Shown here: in pieces, positions 59,147 to 64,000 of the stretch | How the letters are laid out: the number at the start of each line of letters is the position of its first letter | Position numbering within the stretch: the stretch's first letter is position 1 | Notes under the pieces: generated by a model | The model's database searches: none | What the model saw: only the letters and a program-made list of their open reading frames with translations | What the model was told of the DNA's origin: nothing | Origin: Fistulifera solaris | Taxonomy: Eukaryota | Assembly: GCA_030295235.1 (NCBI GenBank) | Contig: AP026124.1 | Span: forward strand, 1 to 64,000 | Direction of reading: 5' to 3' | DNA: 64,000 nucleotides | Made by a program: the position numbers and the translations under genes

Positions 59147-60895
59147 TTACCAGAAGGATGGCTTGCCATTGTCGATGGGCGGAAATTCCTTGCAAGGTAT
59201 CTTGCTCGGTTTGTCTCGGTAGTGACATATTACCACGGGCTCTCTCACGCAGCAAGCTTCTACAAGAGTCTTGTCGCCACGCAGGACGTGGTCGGCGTCC
59301 GCGCCGGCAATGGCGGCTACCGGCTGCTGCACGCATTGGTCCTGTACATACCATTCTCCCAATTGCTGGAAGAACTTAATCTTGTTTTCCTTACTGTGTG
59401 TCCAACTCATGTGGAATATGTACGGTTTTTCCATTCCGGCTATTATGTCTTTCATGAGTTCTTTCCGTCTGTGAAAGGCGTGGCCACCGGGAAATTCGTT
59501 TTCCGTTCGGGCAAATATCTTGACACGCAGTCCATACATCGAGGCGTGCTCCGTTAACAGAGCCACCAATGGCACTTGGTGACTGTGTGTCGCAAAAATC
59601 AAATCGCCAGACATAAGAAAGCTGTTAAAGAAATGGACTGTTTTATCATTGTTTCGAATGTAGTAGAATCCAGTATTGGCTGAATAGGGTGCATAAAATA
59701 AGCCATGATTTCCATCATCTTGAAAGTATGCGTCGAATCCGTAGTTTGGATTATTGGTATCGTGGAAAAAGTCCAGCGGATTTTGATGCCATACGATGTC
59801 CACGTCTTGAAATAATATATCGTATCCCAACATACTGATCATTTGTACGCAATATACTTTTGCCAGCATCATGCTGGTGAAAGTGCTATCGGCATATCGT
59901 CCCGCTGCCTCTTTGGGCATCGAACCGAAGTTGGTTTCATCGTAGAATGCAGCGACCCCATTGGCAATGGCCAAGTCGCGTGTTTCCTCGTCCGTCGCAA
60001 ATACGAGCACACCATTCAGACTAATACCTTTACTTCGAGCTGCACAAATGAAATTCAACAGCAGTTCTGATTGTCCCAAGTTGCAAACAAGAACGACGAT
60101 TGAATTGTTGACGGCAACCTTTTCAGCAATCGGTTTCAATTGCGCCAATACCGAGTCTAGACTGCCCAGGTACTGTCGAAGAATCTCCCAATATTTGATT
60201 GTGTCTTCCTTGGAAGGCGGTTTTGTCGATTTCCGTCCAGATGCTTGTGCTCCACGATTGACAAGACGCAACGGAGCTGACGCGTCTAGTTTGCCACCTT
60301 CTTCGGGTAGTCGCATGAATTTTTGAATGTGGAATGCTTCATACTGCCCAAATAATGCGACACATTGTTTTCGATTGCTGAAGTCCGTCAGAATTACATT
60401 AAGATATTCGCAATTAGCGGTTGCTTCTCGCGAAGAAAGTGTTGGAATTGTTGTTTGCGAAGCTGCTTCTGCCGCTTTATAAAGATCCTTCGGATGTGCC
60501 TTTTCACTGCTATAAAATATAAGTACTTCATTGTTCTGTGGAGTATCTGGATCAAGAGGAACACCCATATCAAAGGTAGACGCAAATTCTGTGCGAGGGA
60601 CTCGTGCGACGCCTGTTGCAATTCCTTGCACGGAAGGAGGAAACCGGCTCGCTGTGTCATCTTTCAAAGAAGGTGTGTTCTCTAGTTTTAGCTTGAGAAT
60701 CTGATTCTTGATCCCCTCCTCTATTCGTCGCTGGACTTCTTTTTCTGATGTAAACAGTTTTGAGGTCGAACCAATAAGAAATCCTAAATAGAATACCATG
60801 ATGCCGAGAACACAACCCATCGCAATCGTTCTCAGAAATCCGTTCCCTTGTGGCGACGACCCGGAACGAGTTTTCCTCGGAGTCACAAGCACCAT
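59147..60895 (-). CDS. Nucleotide-diphospho-sugar transferase (GT77-like), type II membrane protein
   Basis: N-terminal TM helix; GYDILFQDVDIVW..NP (DxD); ANTGFYYIR; FPGG..FH; FHMSWT...KI..QLGEWY. Confidence 0.85.
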   Translation of the reverse strand: MVLVTPRKTRSGSSPQGNGFLRTIAMGCVLGIMVFYLGFLIGSTSKLFTSEKEVQRRIEEGIKNQILKLKLENTPSLKDDTASRFPPSVQGIATGVARVPRTEFASTFDMGVPLDPDTPQNNEVLIFYSSEKAHPKDLYKAAEAASQTTIPTLSSREATANCEYLNVILTDFSNRKQCVALFGQYEAFHIQKFMRLPEEGGKLDASAPLRLVNRGAQASGRKSTKPPSKEDTIKYWEILRQYLGSLDSVLAQLKPIAEKVAVNNSIVVLVCNLGQSELLLNFICAARSKGISLNGVLVFATDEETRDLAIANGVAAFYDETNFGSMPKEAAGRYADSTFTSMMLAKVYCVQMISMLGYDILFQDVDIVWHQNPLDFFHDTNNPNYGFDAYFQDDGNHGLFYAPYSANTGFYYIRNNDKTVHFFNSFLMSGDLIFATHSHQVPLVALLTEHASMYGLRVKIFARTENEFPGGHAFHRRKELMKDIIAGMEKPYIFHMSWTHSKENKIKFFQQLGEWYVQDQCVQQPVAAIAGADADHVLRGDKTLVEACCVREPVVICHYRDKPSKIPCKEFPPIDNGKPSFW

Positions 60896-61977
60896 GGTAG
60901 GAAATTAATCTATTTGGACATAAAGTAAGTATTTTAAAGAAACCTTGCTTTAATGCGAGATAAATTCGAACGATGGCAAGTCATGGTTGTTAAAATCCTC
61001 CGTACCAGTACCAGGTACTGATTTTAGTTTTTCACAACCTTACCATTATTGTGACCGCGACGATGCCGATAGGGTCATGCTTGCGTCTGAATCGCGTTTC
61101 ATTTTTCATTTGAGTCACACTCGGCTAAAAATACGTAGTACTGCGGAATGCGGAACACGAACACACTTTTCGGAGAAAGTTTTTAGGACATTGTACGACA
61201 GTAATGCTGGTCTTCTTTATCACTCTGGTGTAAGGTGTGTTTTCGCTCTTGGCTCTTATAGCTCTTAGCTCAATAGTTCGACAAATAAATATCGATATTG
61301 GAATGTTTACAAAAATCAATATCGCATTACCTGAGACCGTCTGTACCAGGTAGTGTGTCGACCTATACTTGTACAAATATAAGTAATTAGATCTTGGCTC
61401 TTGGCGAATGATTCGATCAGAAACTTATCTTCTGACAGCTGACAATAAATCAAATTGTCGTCATTCTTAAGTCCTCTGAGTTCGAAGACAATCGACACGT
61501 CAACACTTTTTGTTTAAGTTTTATGGTGACGTGGAATTCAAGTCTTCTTGACATTCGTTTTTTTAGTTAAAATGAAGATTGACTTCCCTTACTTCAAAGC
61601 TCTCCCAACTCCCAATCTTTCAAAAGAGAAGATAGTAGAACACAACTGTGACTGGTGACTCCAGGATCCAGGATTACACTGGAGACTGAAGCCTGAAGCC
61701 TGGAGCCTGGAGTCCGTAAAGTCTTCTGGATGGGTATGGGGGCAATAGTTTTTGCCAAACTTTCAGCTACTTTCGAGAGCATACTTTTTTTCGGATAAAT
61801 AACTTTGGCAATTGCTAAGCCGGGATACGCCGAGAAACTATTTTCATTAGTCCGATGATCCGATGATGGTTTGCTCGTCTCTTTCAGCCCTATATCTTCG
61901 AGAAAAAACGCATTATTATTTGAGACCCTTACAATTCACTTTCCTCGACACAATCTTGCAAACAAGAAAAACCAACA

Positions 61978-62517
61978 ATGAACCAATTAAAATTTCATAA
62001 CATGAACATACCAACAGCTGGAAACATCTTTTCGGGGTTCCCACAAGACAATGTTCGAGCATTTATTGCAGACGAAAACAGAAAACATCGTATAGTCCTC
62101 TGGAGTGTCCGTAATAGTCCCTACTGCGCCGCGACCAAGAAGATTCTTCAACAATTCGGAGCTGTAGTTCATGAATTGGACGACTACAGCAACGGCGATC
62201 AAATTCAACGAGAACTTCGGCGGCTGACATCCCACGCCACCTTGCCTATTGTGTTTGTCGATGACAACCATCTGGGAGGTTACGATGCCGTTCGAAGAGC
62301 GTACCAGAGCGGTGCCCTGCACCAGGATTTCTCTAACCCTGGCTGCTCCTCTTCGTCGTCATCGCTCGACTTTGCTAGCAACGACTGTCCTATTGAAGAC
62401 TATTTCATCCCACGAAGTATGTCCATGTATCCTCGCAAAGAAAGCTTAACGACAATAGTCGAGGCAGAGCGCGGACGACGTATGGGAATGCGATCCCACA
62501 GTTTAGGAACATATTAA
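61978..62517 (+). CDS. Glutaredoxin-like protein with SPYC active-site variant and Ser-rich C-terminal extension
   Basis: IVLWS..SPYC..TK.IL...ELD...IQ..L..LT...TLP.VFV...HLGGYD...GAL. Confidence 0.85.
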   Translation: MNQLKFHNMNIPTAGNIFSGFPQDNVRAFIADENRKHRIVLWSVRNSPYCAATKKILQQFGAVVHELDDYSNGDQIQRELRRLTSHATLPIVFVDDNHLGGYDAVRRAYQSGALHQDFSNPGCSSSSSSLDFASNDCPIEDYFIPRSMSMYPRKESLTTIVEAERGRRMGMRSHSLGTY

Positions 62518-62777
62518 GTCACTTTTGTTATTTTGAAATTTTCATACCAAAATATTGTTTATATCATTGATTCTTTACTTACAAAGTATCCTAATCCGTG
62601 AAAGTAGCGCTCCAAGAGGAACAACTTGTAACAACAGATATTAGTGCTTCAGTACAAGTACCCTGTGAACTCCTGTATCGCGTATCCTCAATTACTCTCT
62701 TCTCCGGAGAAAGGATATGGCAAGCATTTCATCGCATCTTACAAAATCGGAACGATTCAAGATAATATTTCAAATGT

Positions 62778-63779
62778 CTACAGGGGCGGCGGTGGAGGAG
62801 GCGGAGGCGGCGGGGGCATCATAGGTGGTGGGGGAGGAAGCGATGGAGGTGGCGGCCTAAAAAAGAAGGGGACGAAAATGAGAAGACAAGAGAGACAGTT
62901 GAGTCGTCATATGACATACTTACGGAGGTGGTGGTGGCGGCGGAATGGCATTCAATGGCAACGGCGGAGGACTGTAATAGGAGAAGCATCACGTGAGAAT
63001 AACGATTATCCAGCGACAAGACAACATTCCAAGACGTACGGCGGTGGTGGAGGAGGCGGCGGGGGTAATGGAGCTACCATGTCGGCATTGACATGAGCAC
63101 TAGCGAACATATGATTGGGTCGAAAGAACGTAGTCGTAGCGCTCGTTGCAGCAGGTCGCTGTTGCGCTTCTGCCAACATTCGTTCGGCACGTGTTCCGTG
63201 TCGTTCGTTGGTCGGTTTTCCGTCCGCATCCTTCTTGAGTGCGAATTGGACCTGAATTTGACGATTTCCCAAGAATTGTCCATTCATGAGCTCAATTGCG
63301 GTGTCGGCGGCAGCAAAATTGTCGTACGATACAAAGGCAAATCCTTTGGATTGATTGGTTTGTTCATCTCGCACCATATAAGGCGGTTTGGTGAGAGTCC
63401 CAAAGGCCGAAAAGGTATCGTGCAACAATTGTTCATCAACCGTTTGAGGATCCAAGTTTCCGATGAACAAATTAGCGCCAATATCCGGCAGAGACTGATC
63501 CTGCAAAGAACTTTTCGACACTCGCAGCGGACGTCCCATAAGTTTGATCATATTGAGTATCGTAATAGCATAATCGGCTTCAACAACATCTAGAAATTCG
63601 ATGAATCCGTAGCCATTGTGTGTCCCTGTGAGCTTATCCTTGGGCATATAAACTGATTGAACGCGACCAACTTGCACAAACAACTCCGTAAGCAGTTCTT
63701 CCGTACAGGTTGGGTCTAAGTTTCCAACGTAAACGGTCGCATCTTGATTGCGATGCTCGACATGAGCGAGTGATGCCAT
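62778..63779 (-). CDS. SF3B4: Splicing factor 3B subunit 4 (SAP49/Hsh49); introns 63039-62972 and 62923-62857 in the polyproline tail
   Basis: RNQDATVYVGNLD...MPKD..GYGFIEF...NMIKL.G.P.RV; GANLFIGNLD..VDE..L.DTFSAFG; ERHG..AERMLA; Pro-rich C-terminus. Confidence 0.96.
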
Positions 63780-64000
63780 CGGAATTTCTGCGTGTGAGCG
63801 TTTGTTTGTCTGGTTTAGCCTTGATTAATGTAATAAATCACTCCACAAATAAATGATTAGCAAGAATGCAAATTCATGTATAAGGTGAAAAGAAATGAAG
63901 CATTGAACTAGCGAAGTTGGTTGTGTAACTGTACTGGTAATGAAGTCAAACAAAGCTCCTCAAAAATGGTTGCGTTGATCGTTGATCATCATCTCACACA

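Noticed and set aside
62644..63096. Plus-strand poly-Gly ORF
   Set aside because: It is antisense to the polyproline exons of SF3B4.

Overview
Left end of a eukaryotic chromosome. It starts with ~620 bp of (CCCTAA)n telomere and a ~1.2 kb mosaic subtelomere, followed by ~62 kb of gene-dense sequence with about 30 genes and short GT-AG introns (mostly 60-150 nt). The organism is very likely a diatom, probably pennate. This is inferred from bipartite signal+FAP plastid targeting on a class II aldolase, several diatom-type uncharacterised families and the intron sizes; the species cannot be determined from the sequence alone. Recognisable genes are plastid class II fructose-bisphosphate aldolase, an HMG-box factor, RecQ helicase, a protein kinase, GTPase Der, a PPR protein, an M6 metalloprotease, a patatin/cPLA2-like protein, a DnaJ protein, Rab GGTase alpha, MsrA-like, prefoldin 4, TauE/SafE, AP-4 epsilon, an A1 aspartic protease, TRM1, a nucleotide-diphospho-sugar transferase, a glutaredoxin-like protein and SF3B4. 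Many conserved genes carry 1-nt indels, nearly all in homopolymer runs, so the consensus probably has sequencing errors and single-base oddities need caution. The most interesting signals are: (1) a 5'-truncated CRE-like non-LTR retrotransposon fragment next to a hairpin of inverted telomere-like repeats, with the junction tandemly duplicated (~323 bp); (2) GTAC/GGTACC tandem tracts ~100-350 bp upstream of many start codons; (3) recurrent 7-bp-period tandem repeats in intergenic DNA; (4) a convergent pair of small secreted Cys-rich paralogs; (5) a probable pseudo-histidine-phosphatase with a prion-like tail; (6) a Tat-signal-bearing MsrA-like protein; and (7) 12-nt and 26-nt micro-exons. No CRISPR array, rRNA or tRNA was seen. 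All gene models were spliced and translated by hand.
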